Of a stretch of 35,452 nt of DNA, positions 22,842 to 32,703 are shown piece after piece. This DNA is from a virus (taxonomy: Duplodnaviria; Caudoviricetes). Each line of letters begins with the position of its first letter. The first letter of the stretch is position 1. The translations under genes and the position numbers were made by a program. Below the pieces are notes generated by a model that made no database searches, was not told where the DNA came from, and saw only the letters and a list, made by a program, of their open reading frames with translations. The DNA lies in IMG/VR virus record IMGVR_UViG_3300016675_000057, positions 1 through 35,452 of that record. One strand, given 5' to 3'.

Positions 22842-23185
22842 CCGAACTTGTCTATGTAACCAACACAACCGACAAGGAACTTGTTTCTGAGTTTAATTAC
22901 GAAGAATACAAGTTTCCTGCTGGCAAAACTGTTGCTTTGTCGCCCAACGCTGCAAAGCATATTTTTGGTTACGGACAAGAAAACAAGGAACCGTATTTAG
23001 CTCGTTTGGGCTTTATACGGCTCCACTCCGAATTAGAACAAGCATTGGAGAAGCTGGCGAAGTTTGAGATTTCGACAGAGGCTCCAGTTGAAAAGAACCG
23101 CTCGTTACCCTCGGCGGTCGGCGTAGTACCTCTGCACGTTGAGAAACGTGCCGGGGGAAAGTCGTCCCATGCTAGGGCAGCATAA
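22838..23185 (+). CDS. hypothetical protein
   Basis: 115 aa; ATGA-coupled. Confidence 0.55.
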   Translation: MTELVYVTNTTDKELVSEFNYEEYKFPAGKTVALSPNAAKHIFGYGQENKEPYLARLGFIRLHSELEQALEKLAKFEISTEAPVEKNRSLPSAVGVVPLHVEKRAGGKSSHARAA

Positions 23186-23197
23186 TATGGACGCTAC

Positions 23198-24043
23198 ATG
23201 GCAACCCTTTCATCCTACATTACGGATGTCCAAAGACTATTGCATGATGCAAACTCGGTCTTTTGGTCAACAACGGAGCTAACGGACTACATCAATCAAG
23301 CCCGTGAGCGAGTTGTTAGGGATACTGGTTGCCTACGCACTATTCAGTCGATATACACCCCCATTTCCACAACTGGGGAAACAGCAATATCTTGGGCTGA
23401 AGGGACTGTAGTATCTGCCGGAGACTATGTGTTCTCTGGCATTTTTGTCTATCAGGTCATTACTGGCGGCGTTTTGCCAAGTGATGTGCCTCCGTACCCA
23501 TACGGCAACCAAGCCTACCCACCAAGCACGACTTTCTTTGTGGGTAGCATTGAGTTGCAATATGACTCGCCCTGCGAAATCATCCCTTACGCATCTTTGC
23601 CACAAGGCTTGCAGACGCTCGACGTTTTGAACGTCAATTTGTACTGGGGCAACAGCCGCATTCCTTTGCGCTACCTCCCTTGGACAAACTTCAACGCTCA
23701 GTTGCGCTACTGGCAAAACTACGTAGGCCGACCCGTGTGCTTCAGCATCTACGGTCAGTCTCAGATTTACATTGGCCCTGTGCCAGACCAGTCTTACGCC
23801 GTTGACCTTGACACGGTTATCTTGCCAACAGCATTGACGTTGGCTAATCCGAATGAGGTTGACCCCATCAATGACCCCTACACCAACCCTGTGCCTTACT
23901 ATGCGGCCTACAAAGCCAAGTTTAAGGAACAGAGCTACGGTGAGGCTGAAATCTACAAGCAGCAGTACGACAAGCAAGTTAATGCCGTGTTGAACTCGGT
24001 ATTCACCCGTCGTATCCCAGACCCTTACTCTAATCCGTACTAA
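23198..24043 (+). CDS. head-tail adaptor protein
   Basis: TLSSYITDVQRLLHD...W...ELTDYINQA; IYIGPVPDQSY; YYAAYKA; position before the nozzle. Confidence 0.7.
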   Translation: MATLSSYITDVQRLLHDANSVFWSTTELTDYINQARERVVRDTGCLRTIQSIYTPISTTGETAISWAEGTVVSAGDYVFSGIFVYQVITGGVLPSDVPPYPYGNQAYPPSTTFFVGSIELQYDSPCEIIPYASLPQGLQTLDVLNVNLYWGNSRIPLRYLPWTNFNAQLRYWQNYVGRPVCFSIYGQSQIYIGPVPDQSYAVDLDTVILPTALTLANPNEVDPINDPYTNPVPYYAAYKAKFKEQSYGEAEIYKQQYDKQVNAVLNSVFTRRIPDPYSNPY

Positions 24044-24045
24044 TC

Positions 24046-26274
24046 ATGGCAGCAGCAGAGCAAAAAAAGTCCTATGCTGTCATTAAGAACTTCAAAGGCC
24101 TAAACACCAAGGCCAACAGGACGGCTATTGATAAGGAAGAATTTGCATGGATTGAGAATGCCATGCCGATTGGCTACGGCAACATCAAAATTGTTCCGCA
24201 TCAAAAGACCGTGGTGGATTCCGGCAATACTGCTGTGGCGTGGGCTAACACGACCACCTACCTTACGTCAGGAAACATCAATGTTAGTGATTACATACTT
24301 TCATTCCAAGACAATGGTGCAGCGCAATACTTCAATCTATCTACGCTGACACAAGGCAACGTAGCACCTGCTGGAACATTCTCATCCTCTGGCGTATCAA
24401 CAGCCCAGTACAAGAACGAGCGTGTCATCATTGGCGACCCCGACAAGGGCTTGTTTTCTTGGGATGGGGCTAACCTAATCTCTATTGGTTCTGTGGGTCT
24501 TATTGGCATCACAAACCCCGGTAGCGGCTATACAACAGCCCCGACTGTTACTATTTCAGCCCCAAACCAGTCCAACGGCGTACAGGCTACGGCTGAAGCA
24601 AGTATCACGACGGGTGCTGGCGGGGTGCAAAGCATTCAAGTTACGGCTATTGGCAACAGCTATACGTCCGTTCCTACCGTCACAATAGGCGCACCAAACG
24701 TAACTGGCGGGGTTCAGGCCACCGCTAGTGCCACCATTTCCGGCGGTAATGTGGTTGCTATTACCGTTACCCAGTCTGGTTCAGGCTATACCTCTATCCC
24801 TTCTGTGAGCATTACAGGCGGTGGCGGGTCTAGCGCAACCGCAAATGCAACGCTCAGTTCCGGCATTGTGAACAGCATCACGCTAACAAACGCTGGCACG
24901 GGCTACACCTCCCCTCCAACCATCACAATTTCTGGCGGTGGCGGCGCTAACGCTACTGCATTGGCTCAACTGACCACGTTTGCAAAGGGAACCGTAACCG
25001 TTTTGGTTACGAATGGCGGCGTAGGTTACACATCCGTGCCTACTGTGACCATCTCTGGCGGCGGTGGGGCAAGTGCTAACGGCATAGCTATTGTTAGCGG
25101 CGGTCAAGTCACGCAAGTGGTTATGACAAACCCCGGCTCTGGCTACACAAGTCTGCCAAGCGTCACGATTACGGGCGGCGGGGCTACAACCAACGCTACA
25201 GCCAAGGCTGTCGTCAATTTGGACTCTATTGTGGACGTTTCGACGTTCTCAGGCAGGGTTTGGGTGGGTGCTGGACGCACGGAGACATACTCTGCGGCGG
25301 GGTCTTACAGCGACTTTACAAGCGTTTCTGCGGGTTCTTTCACGCTGACTGACTCTACCCTACACGGAAACATCAAATCAGCCTTGTCAGCCAATAACTT
25401 CTTGTATGTTTTTGGCGACGACAGCATCAACGTCTTTTCTGACCTGCGTGTGACCGCTACAGGCTCTACTGTGTTCACAAACACCAACGTCAGCGCCTCT
25501 ATCGGCAGCCGTTTGCCCTATGCTGTTTTTCCGTATTTCCGCTCAGTTTTGCTGATGAACGACTACGGGATGTATGCCCTTGTAGGCTCGACCACAAGCA
25601 AGATTTCTGACCAGTTGGACGGGATTTTCCCGTTGATTGACTTCACTTTGCCCGTTTCTGGGGGGCAAGTGCTGCTCAACAACATCTTGTGTGCAGCCTT
25701 TTCGTTTACTTACAACGACCAAACAACATCTCCAGCTACGCCAAGAGCCGTGCAAGCGGTATTTTTTGAGAAAAAATGGTTCATTACAAGCCAAGGTGCG
25801 CTCACCTATGTGACCTCTGTTCCTCTGTCTGGCCTTATCAATATGTATGGCACAACAGGCAAGGATTTAATCCGTCTGTACGGGGATTCTGCCGCCAACA
25901 TCAACAGCACGATTAAGACTGCGCTTGACCCGATGGGCGACACCATCAGGACTAAGCAAGCTCTAAAGTTTGGCATTGAAGCCACCCTAACTTCAGGCGG
26001 TACATTGAATGTGACGGTGGACAGCGAGACTGGTTCAAGTCCACAATACACCCTAAACAACAGCGTTACTTGGCTGAACAATTCCCAACAGACAATCCCG
26101 TGGATAAACAACTCTTCTGCGACGATTGGCTGGCTTACAAGTAATGGTTATGCGCTCTACAAGTCAGACGCACAACAATACGGTAAGTATTTGGGATTAA
26201 CAATTACGTCAAGTGACCCTGCATTGACGTACAACACGTTTGAGTTTGAACACGAATTGAGAGTGAGGTTCTAA
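24046..26274 (+). CDS. tail nozzle/stabilization-like protein with inserted GSGYT repeat region
   Basis: NFKGLN N-terminus, beta-propeller-like segments, six internal repeats; position after the adaptor. Confidence 0.65.
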   Translation: MAAAEQKKSYAVIKNFKGLNTKANRTAIDKEEFAWIENAMPIGYGNIKIVPHQKTVVDSGNTAVAWANTTTYLTSGNINVSDYILSFQDNGAAQYFNLSTLTQGNVAPAGTFSSSGVSTAQYKNERVIIGDPDKGLFSWDGANLISIGSVGLIGITNPGSGYTTAPTVTISAPNQSNGVQATAEASITTGAGGVQSIQVTAIGNSYTSVPTVTIGAPNVTGGVQATASATISGGNVVAITVTQSGSGYTSIPSVSITGGGGSSATANATLSSGIVNSITLTNAGTGYTSPPTITISGGGGANATALAQLTTFAKGTVTVLVTNGGVGYTSVPTVTISGGGGASANGIAIVSGGQVTQVVMTNPGSGYTSLPSVTITGGGATTNATAKAVVNLDSIVDVSTFSGRVWVGAGRTETYSAAGSYSDFTSVSAGSFTLTDSTLHGNIKSALSANNFLYVFGDDSINVFSDLRVTATGSTVFTNTNVSASIGSRLPYAVFPYFRSVLLMNDYGMYALVGSTTSKISDQLDGIFPLIDFTLPVSGGQVLLNNILCAAFSFTYNDQTTSPATPRAVQAVFFEKKWFITSQGALTYVTSVPLSGLINMYGTTGKDLIRLYGDSAANINSTIKTALDPMGDTIRTKQALKFGIEATLTSGGTLNVTVDSETGSSPQYTLNNSVTWLNNSQQTIPWINNSSATIGWLTSNGYALYKSDAQQYGKYLGLTITSSDPALTYNTFEFEHELRVRF

Positions 26275-27282
26275 ATGGCAGTTCCGTATACCTTTGGCAG
26301 CGCAACATCTTCTATCCCTTTGTCGCAGTTGGATAGCAACTTTGCGACCACTATTACGTTGGGCAACACGGCTATCCAGCTTGGCAACACCGTGACCACG
26401 CTCAACAACATGACGTTGGCTAACGTGACTGTTCAATCAGGAAACGTAACTATCGGTCAAGCCAATGCTGTTGTGTACACAAACAGCAGTAACGTAGCTA
26501 CTGCAAATGCTAGTGCCATTGCTTTCGATGGAACAAATTTAAGTGTTGGAGCAACTCTTAGCTCATGGCAAACATATAAAGCCATTCAAATGGGAGCTGG
26601 TTCACAGGTTTCATACAGCACAAACGATTATAGGATGGTGCAAAACGCATTTTATAGCGGTGGCGTATGGAAATATGTCGCAAATGGTTATGCAAACTTA
26701 TATCTTCAAGACGGTCTTGCTGGTGGTCACATTTGGCAATCTGCTGACAGCGGAACAGCTAATGGAACCATTAGCTTCACTCAAGTAGCCGCAGTTGAAA
26801 AAGGAAAATCATTTGCACTTCAAGGTGCAACACCCCAAACAGGCACAGGAATTACTTTTCCTGCTGCGTTTAATGATTCATCCAATGTAAACACACTTGA
26901 TGATTACGAAGAAGGAACTTGGACTCCAAGAATTCAAAATTCCAGCGGTTCGCAATATGTTGATTTGGCGAATGGGAGTTACACAAAAATTGGTCGTTTG
27001 GTGTATGTGACCATTGTTTATTACAGCGCAAACATTTCATCCATTACCGCATCGTCACAGTTGTATCTTGGCAACTTGCCATTTTCTGTTGTCTCTTCTG
27101 AGCCGCAATGTATTTTTGGAAACAACCCGAACAATCCAATTTCCTCGGTTGACGGTTCAGGTACAGCAATTCCTCTATATGTCCCACAAAATACAGTTGA
27201 TTATGCGACCTGCACAAGAAACACTTTTAGTGGAACATCATATATGTCTTTTAGAGGTGTATTTACTTACAAATCAAGTTAA
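26275..27282 (+). CDS. tail fibre / receptor-binding protein
   Basis: IPLSQLDSNF N-terminal anchor; NTLDDYEEGTWTP...GSYTKIGRLV C-terminal domain. Confidence 0.75.
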   Translation: MAVPYTFGSATSSIPLSQLDSNFATTITLGNTAIQLGNTVTTLNNMTLANVTVQSGNVTIGQANAVVYTNSSNVATANASAIAFDGTNLSVGATLSSWQTYKAIQMGAGSQVSYSTNDYRMVQNAFYSGGVWKYVANGYANLYLQDGLAGGHIWQSADSGTANGTISFTQVAAVEKGKSFALQGATPQTGTGITFPAAFNDSSNVNTLDDYEEGTWTPRIQNSSGSQYVDLANGSYTKIGRLVYVTIVYYSANISSITASSQLYLGNLPFSVVSSEPQCIFGNNPNNPISSVDGSGTAIPLYVPQNTVDYATCTRNTFSGTSYMSFRGVFTYKSS

Positions 27283-27346
27283 AAAAGTTCATTGACCTAA
27301 TTTAATTGGTTAGGTTAGATACAGCGCAAACTTTTAGGAGAAACTT

Positions 27347-27610
27347 ATGGCACTCGAAAAAACAACGTCTGTTGACCAGATTACAGTTATTGAAGATGGA
27401 ACAGTTTTGTTTCGTGAAGCAACACGAATCATGGAAGACGGTAACGAAATCAGCAAAACTTATCACCGAACTTCATTAACACCCGGACAAAATTTGGCTG
27501 GTGTTCCAGATAAAGTTAAAGCAGTTGCAAACTCAGCATGGACTGAAGATGTTGTGAATGCTTATGCTGTTGCACAAGCAGCGGCAGCAGCAAGACGAGA
27601 AGGTGCGTAA
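27347..27610 (+). CDS. fibre-associated small protein (possible chaperone)
   Basis: DQITV.EDG....R.AT.I.EDG.EIS..YHR..L.PG...AWT motif; directly after the fibre gene; AGGAG SD. Confidence 0.6.
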   Translation: MALEKTTSVDQITVIEDGTVLFREATRIMEDGNEISKTYHRTSLTPGQNLAGVPDKVKAVANSAWTEDVVNAYAVAQAAAAARREGA

Positions 27611-27943
27611 ATGTCTGTTAACGCACCATTCTGTCCTTCTGGTAATACCGTAACCTTTACGGCAAATACCAGCGCACCTACCCCTATTCAAGCAGCGTCC
27701 ACCACTCTTGGTGGCAACCAATACCGCATCTTGAATGCTGGTTCTGTAACTGTTTTCTTAGGGATTGGGACTACCTCTGCACAAGCAGCAGCAAGTGCAA
27801 CCATAGTCAGTTCTACGGCTAATTGCATACCAGTTCTTGCAGGGACGGATGAGATTATTTCTTTTCCTCCAAACGCTTACTTTACTGGTATCACAAGTAG
27901 CAGTACTGCTGTCATCTACATCACTCCCGGAGATGGTTCGTAA
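27611..27943 (+). CDS. structural protein; paralog of 1670..2026
   Basis: F.PSGNT...ANT...NQYRI.N...YITPGDG. Confidence 0.6.
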   Translation: MSVNAPFCPSGNTVTFTANTSAPTPIQAASTTLGGNQYRILNAGSVTVFLGIGTTSAQAAASATIVSSTANCIPVLAGTDEIISFPPNAYFTGITSSSTAVIYITPGDGS

Positions 27944-28932
27944 TGTTAAAAACGGTAAGCTCATTAGGCAACATTATTGGCGCACTTGTCTATCAAGGCT
28001 CATGGAACGCCAGTACAAACACGCCTACGCTTACCTCTAGTGTTGGCAACAAGGGTGATTACTACATCGTTTCTGTTGCTGGCACAACAAACCTTAACGG
28101 CATTACTGATTGGCAAGTAGGTGACTGGGCTGTGTTTAACGGCTCTGTCTGGCAAAAAATTGATAACACCGATGCTGTTCAGTCAGTTAACGGTCAGACT
28201 GGCGTTGTTGTTCTTACCGCAAACATGGTCGGTGCAACACCTAATACGTCCTATATCAATGTAGGCACAGGATTGTCAGGTGGCGGTCAGCTTAACGGAA
28301 ACGTCAGCGTTTCTGTCGGCACAGTTCCAGTTGCTAACGTATCTGGCGCAGTACCCAACACGGTCAACGTCATTGCTGGCACAGGTATGTCCGGCGGTGG
28401 TGCGTTAACTGGCAACGTCACAATCAGCCTCGCAAATACAGCCGTTACAGCCAATACTTACGGAAATGCAAGCATCATCCCAGTCTTTGCTGTAGATGCA
28501 CAGGGGCGCATAACTTCTGCATCAAACGTAGCCATTGCTATTGCTAACTCTGCTGTTAGTGGCCTTGGCACGATGTCGGTTCAGAATGCCAACGCAGTAG
28601 CAATTACTGGCGGCACGATTAACGGCGTGACAGGTAATGTGGTCGGCGCTGTGCCAAACGCCACCATAACCAATACGTTGTTGCAAAACAGTACAACCAC
28701 ACTTGGTAATACCACCATCACTTTGGGTGGCACGACTACTTCTGTCGGCAACCTCACGCTCTTAAACGCAACAATGAGTACGGGCACTATTGCTGCCAAC
28801 GTGGTCAATCACACAGCAAATACGGCAACAACAGCCACCTTTGCCACAGCCAGTTTGCCCCTTGTTCCTGCTGGTTACATCAACTTCAACCTTAACGGCA
28901 CAATCGTCAAAATCCCTTACTACGCTGTCTAA
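27943..28932 (+). CDS. second fibre/spike-like protein
   Basis: YQGSWNASTNTPTL...GDYY.VS.AG...W.VGDW; GTGLSGGG repeats; VDAQGRITSAS. Confidence 0.7.
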   Translation: MLKTVSSLGNIIGALVYQGSWNASTNTPTLTSSVGNKGDYYIVSVAGTTNLNGITDWQVGDWAVFNGSVWQKIDNTDAVQSVNGQTGVVVLTANMVGATPNTSYINVGTGLSGGGQLNGNVSVSVGTVPVANVSGAVPNTVNVIAGTGMSGGGALTGNVTISLANTAVTANTYGNASIIPVFAVDAQGRITSASNVAIAIANSAVSGLGTMSVQNANAVAITGGTINGVTGNVVGAVPNATITNTLLQNSTTTLGNTTITLGGTTTSVGNLTLLNATMSTGTIAANVVNHTANTATTATFATASLPLVPAGYINFNLNGTIVKIPYYAV

Positions 28933-28933
28933 C

Positions 28934-29170
28934 ATGGAATTTCAATCAATTTTCAATCTTGTCGGAGGCGCAATACTGGTCGCTATTGGCTGGTGGTGCA
29001 AAGAAATATGGGACTCTGTGAAGTCTCTGAAGAACGACATCAAGGATATTGAAGTTGCTTTGCCGACTAGCTACGTCCGTAAAGAGGACATTAACGGCAG
29101 ATTTGACAAGATTGACAACGTGCTAGAACGCATCTTTGACAAGCTGGATGAGAAGCAGGATAAGCCATGA
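28934..29170 (+). CDS. N-terminal TM + coiled-coil protein (holin-like)
   Basis: Start reassigned to the ATG at 28934: MEFQSIFNLVGGAILVAIGWW...YVRKED...IFDKLD. Confidence 0.6.
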   Translation: MEFQSIFNLVGGAILVAIGWWCKEIWDSVKSLKNDIKDIEVALPTSYVRKEDINGRFDKIDNVLERIFDKLDEKQDKP

Positions 29171-29505
29171 ACATGGAATCGCTCTCCTATGTAAAGTTCG
29201 GTGACAAAGACGGACTGGGAGAGTTTTCGTTTGAAAACGGTGTGCAGCATCAGTTGTTCTACGAAATCCTTGCTGACAGAGGCGTAGCCATTCAGAAATA
29301 TCCCTTGACGGATATTGATACAGCCAACATTGACGACTGGCTACTTATCCACAATCAAGAGCATGAGGCGCTGGCTACTGCTCTGGGATTGGATAATCCT
29401 TTCCAGTTGTTAGATGCAGATTGGAATGTTGAAGACAGTTTTTATGACTGGATTGGTGTTCACCAGACCATTCATCAACAGATTGCAGCGCAATTAGGAG
29501 TTTGA
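29167..29505 (+). CDS. hypothetical acidic His-containing protein
   Basis: DDWLLIHNQEH and DWIGVHQTIH internal repeats. Confidence 0.6.
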   Translation: MNMESLSYVKFGDKDGLGEFSFENGVQHQLFYEILADRGVAIQKYPLTDIDTANIDDWLLIHNQEHEALATALGLDNPFQLLDADWNVEDSFYDWIGVHQTIHQQIAAQLGV

Positions 29506-29506
29506 T

Positions 29507-31738
29507 ATGGTAATGATGATTGTTTCATACGACCCGAATAAACCGGGCGATTACGAGAGAGCGCAGAAAGAAGCAGCAAGCTCCAGAATCATTGGTGGCA
29601 CAGCGGTGATGACTCCGCAGCAAATTGCAAATATAGGTTCTGGTGGTGGTTTGCTTGACAAAGTTACTGGCGCTGTTGGTGATGTTGTTGCTCCAGTATT
29701 AGACCCTGTTGCCGATGTTGCAAGCAAAGCCACAGAAGCAGTTGGCAAAGTCGCTGCTCCTGTTGTTGACAAAGCTCTAGAGTTTGCTCAATCACCCGCT
29801 GGTCAAATCCTTATTGCCTACTACGCACCTGTCCTTGGCGCAGAAATTGGTTCTGGATTGTTTGCTGCCGAAGTAGCAGCAGGAACAATGACCGCTGCTC
29901 AAGCGACTGCTTTGGGTACAGCTTTGGCAAGCACGGGCATTCAAGTTGCAAACGGTGTCCCGCTTGATGACGCACTAAAGAATGCAAGCGCAAGTGCTGC
30001 TGTTTCTTATGGTTCTCCAGAAGCAGCAAAACTGATTAACGAAAAAATTAACATCCCAGAAGTCTCTAACGCTTTGGCTTCTGTGGGTGGTTCTGTCACA
30101 AAGACACTTGCGACTGGCGGCAATCTTGAAGATGTGCAAAAGAATGCTTTGGCAGCTTTGGCGGCTTCGGGAGCGGAATCGTTAACAAAAGACAGAATGA
30201 TTGGCGCTGCTGTCGGTGGCGGCGTTACTGGTGGCGCATTAGGTGCGGCTACTGGTGCGGCAGGTGCATTAGGCGGTGAGGCAGCTAAAACTACTGGACA
30301 AGCTCCAGTTAGTGATGCTGCACCTACTCCAGTTGCAGAAGCTCCTGCTCCAGAGCCAGAAGTTGTTGCTCCCGCACCTGTTGACCCTGTTCAGCAATTT
30401 AATGACTCTATTGCTCAAGGCATCATTCCAGTTAACGTAGCGCAAGATGTTCAAGTTGCGGCTGCTGATGGCTTTGTGCCGCCTGACCAAACAAAGCTAG
30501 GCATTAACCAATTCAAGAATGGCACTTATGCAACATTCCAAGAGACTGATGGAACGCTACGCTCTGTGCCAGTTATTGTGGACGCAGAGGGTAAAGTCTA
30601 TTCTGCTACTGGTTCTGCTGCTGATGTTGATTTCCTGATTAAGAACAACGTCAACATTTTGCGTGTTGACCCTGCTGGCTTGAACAGCATATTTCTCGAC
30701 AAGTCACCGATTGACCCTCAGTTGACACCAGAGGAAATTAACGCCCTCAAGAACATTACCAACACCCGTGTTGAGATTGCTCAAAAGTTCCCAGACCTTG
30801 CCAACTTGTTGAAGAGTTACGGCAGCTTAGATGCTGCTGAAGCTGCTATTGGTTTGGATGCGCTGACAAAGATACCCGGCGTGATGCAAGCCATGAACGC
30901 AAGCTACGTGCGTGAATTGGAAGCTGGCCTTGCAAAAGACCCAACATACGCACCGTATCTTGAGGAATACAAGAAGATTACTGGTCGTGACTACTCTCCA
31001 GCTACGCCAGCCACGGACTTGGGAACCATCGAAATTGTTGGTGAAAAGCTAAAAGATGTGCGCCAGCCTTACACACCAAGCACTCTGGTTCCAGAATCAT
31101 CGTTGGTGGTTGATGTTGATACCAAAACAGGCAAGGCTTTGGTTATGAACAACCAAGGCAAGGTGACTGTTGTTGACATTACTGGTGACATTGCCAAAGA
31201 CCAATACGTGAATGTTGACCCAACAACAGGCAAAGCCACGGCTGCAAGGACATATCCAACGGTTACTGGCGACACTACAACTGCTGTTGCCCCCGGCTCT
31301 GAGACTGTGTTCAAGGGTCAAGCAGCGCCAAGAACTCCTATTTCTGACATCCCTACCCCTCCCTCCGGCGGGGGTGGTAAGCCTCCTACTCCACCATCTG
31401 ACAGCGGATTTACTGGCGGCGTGACTGACAAGCCCACCACAACCGCTGCTGACAAAGCTACAGAGCCAAAGATTGTGGAAAAAGGGGATACGACTGGCGG
31501 CACGGACGCTGTGACAGGCAAAGGCAAGTACAAGCCTGAATTGTTCATCTACGGTGGACAATACCCTAGTGCGCTGTCCAAGTCTCTTGGCACAACCTTG
31601 CAAGCACCTACCCCGACAGCCACAACAGGCTTGACTTCTTACCGTGCCGAAGGTGAAATTGAGGGTGAATCTGGCATCAATCGTGAAAACGTCTGGAACG
31701 AGGCATCACTACGTCTGAAAGACGCATTAGGACTGTAA
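29507..31738 (+). CDS. putative internal virion/DNA-ejection protein
   Basis: 743 aa; Ala/Gly-rich hydrophobic N-half and Pro/Thr-rich linkers; position after the tail genes. Confidence 0.55.
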   Translation: MVMMIVSYDPNKPGDYERAQKEAASSRIIGGTAVMTPQQIANIGSGGGLLDKVTGAVGDVVAPVLDPVADVASKATEAVGKVAAPVVDKALEFAQSPAGQILIAYYAPVLGAEIGSGLFAAEVAAGTMTAAQATALGTALASTGIQVANGVPLDDALKNASASAAVSYGSPEAAKLINEKINIPEVSNALASVGGSVTKTLATGGNLEDVQKNALAALAASGAESLTKDRMIGAAVGGGVTGGALGAATGAAGALGGEAAKTTGQAPVSDAAPTPVAEAPAPEPEVVAPAPVDPVQQFNDSIAQGIIPVNVAQDVQVAAADGFVPPDQTKLGINQFKNGTYATFQETDGTLRSVPVIVDAEGKVYSATGSAADVDFLIKNNVNILRVDPAGLNSIFLDKSPIDPQLTPEEINALKNITNTRVEIAQKFPDLANLLKSYGSLDAAEAAIGLDALTKIPGVMQAMNASYVRELEAGLAKDPTYAPYLEEYKKITGRDYSPATPATDLGTIEIVGEKLKDVRQPYTPSTLVPESSLVVDVDTKTGKALVMNNQGKVTVVDITGDIAKDQYVNVDPTTGKATAARTYPTVTGDTTTAVAPGSETVFKGQAAPRTPISDIPTPPSGGGGKPPTPPSDSGFTGGVTDKPTTTAADKATEPKIVEKGDTTGGTDAVTGKGKYKPELFIYGGQYPSALSKSLGTTLQAPTPTATTGLTSYRAEGEIEGESGINRENVWNEASLRLKDALGL

Positions 31739-31740
31739 AC

Positions 31741-32703
31741 ATGGCAACCACAATCAAAAAACTGACAGGCATGGGCGGTGACGTTCGCAAGATTGCTGCG
31801 CTCTTACAAAAGAAAGCTCCTCCCGGACACAGACTGGCCTACATCAACGATGAGGAAGCTGCCCTGCTCAAAGCCCGTGGCGGTTCTGGCAAGCCTCATG
31901 CCGATACTGGCATTCAGTCTTTTGAGCCTGAAGACACCAGTTATGGCGGCTATGACATCCAAGGCGGTCAAGACTTTGCGCCACCTACTGAGCCAACCAC
32001 GCCAGTTTATGACATTGGTTTTGGCGCAGATACGTTTGCCCCTCCCCCTGCTGCTCCCGCTTTGACAGGCGAAGCAGCACAACTCTCAAGTTTTCCACAG
32101 CCTATTGACACAGGTGTTTCGCCCGATGCTGCTCGTTTGCAAGCAGAAGGCGCTCGTTTGCTGTCTGCTCAACCTGCTGCACCTGCCGCTGGCGCTGGCG
32201 CTGGAAAAGATGAAGGAATCAGTAAGGACACCCTCACCCGCCTTGGTTTGGCTGGCACACTTGGCTTGATTGGTTCTCGCACAGCTTCTAGGGCTGCTGC
32301 ACAAGGTCAAGCTGGCAAAGCAGAAATGCAAGCTCTGGCTGCACCTTATCAGAAGCAGGGTGCTGAAATCCAAGCCGCTGCTCAACGTGGCGAGTTAACC
32401 CCCGCTGGTCAACAGTCCTTACAAGCTGCCCGTGCCCAAGCTGCTCAAGCTGCCGAAACCCGTGGAGGTGTCGGTGCTGCACAGGCCATGCAACAGGTCG
32501 AGGCTTTCCGTCAGCAGTTGTTGGCACAGCAATATGACTACGGCCTCAAGCTGTCTGGTATTGGCGACAATATTGCTTTGGGCGCTATTAAGACAGGCTT
32601 GCAAGCTGACCAGTATGTGAACCAGTTGAACAATGCGTTCTACACCAACATGGCTTACATTGCTTCTGGTACAAGTCCCGGCATTCGTATTGGAGGTCAA
32701 TAA
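31741..32703 (+). CDS. putative DNA-ejection (pilot) protein
   Basis: GHRLAYINDEEAALLKARGGSG motif; Gln/Ala-rich helical C-half. Confidence 0.6.
   Translation: MATTIKKLTGMGGDVRKIAALLQKKAPPGHRLAYINDEEAALLKARGGSGKPHADTGIQSFEPEDTSYGGYDIQGGQDFAPPTEPTTPVYDIGFGADTFAPPPAAPALTGEAAQLSSFPQPIDTGVSPDAARLQAEGARLLSAQPAAPAAGAGAGKDEGISKDTLTRLGLAGTLGLIGSRTASRAAAQGQAGKAEMQALAAPYQKQGAEIQAAAQRGELTPAGQQSLQAARAQAAQAAETRGGVGAAQAMQQVEAFRQQLLAQQYDYGLKLSGIGDNIALGAIKTGLQADQYVNQLNNAFYTNMAYIASGTSPGIRIGGQ

Noticed and set aside
21524-23977. Long antisense ORFs (21524..22216, 22068..22451, 23333..23977; similarly 14412..14921 and 33348..34136)
   Set aside because: These are mirror frames of strongly codon-biased sense genes, with no SD or recognisable motifs.
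26275-28932. Diversity-generating retroelement or invertible fibre cassette
   Set aside because: No reverse transcriptase, invertase or near-identical TR/VR repeat pair is visible.
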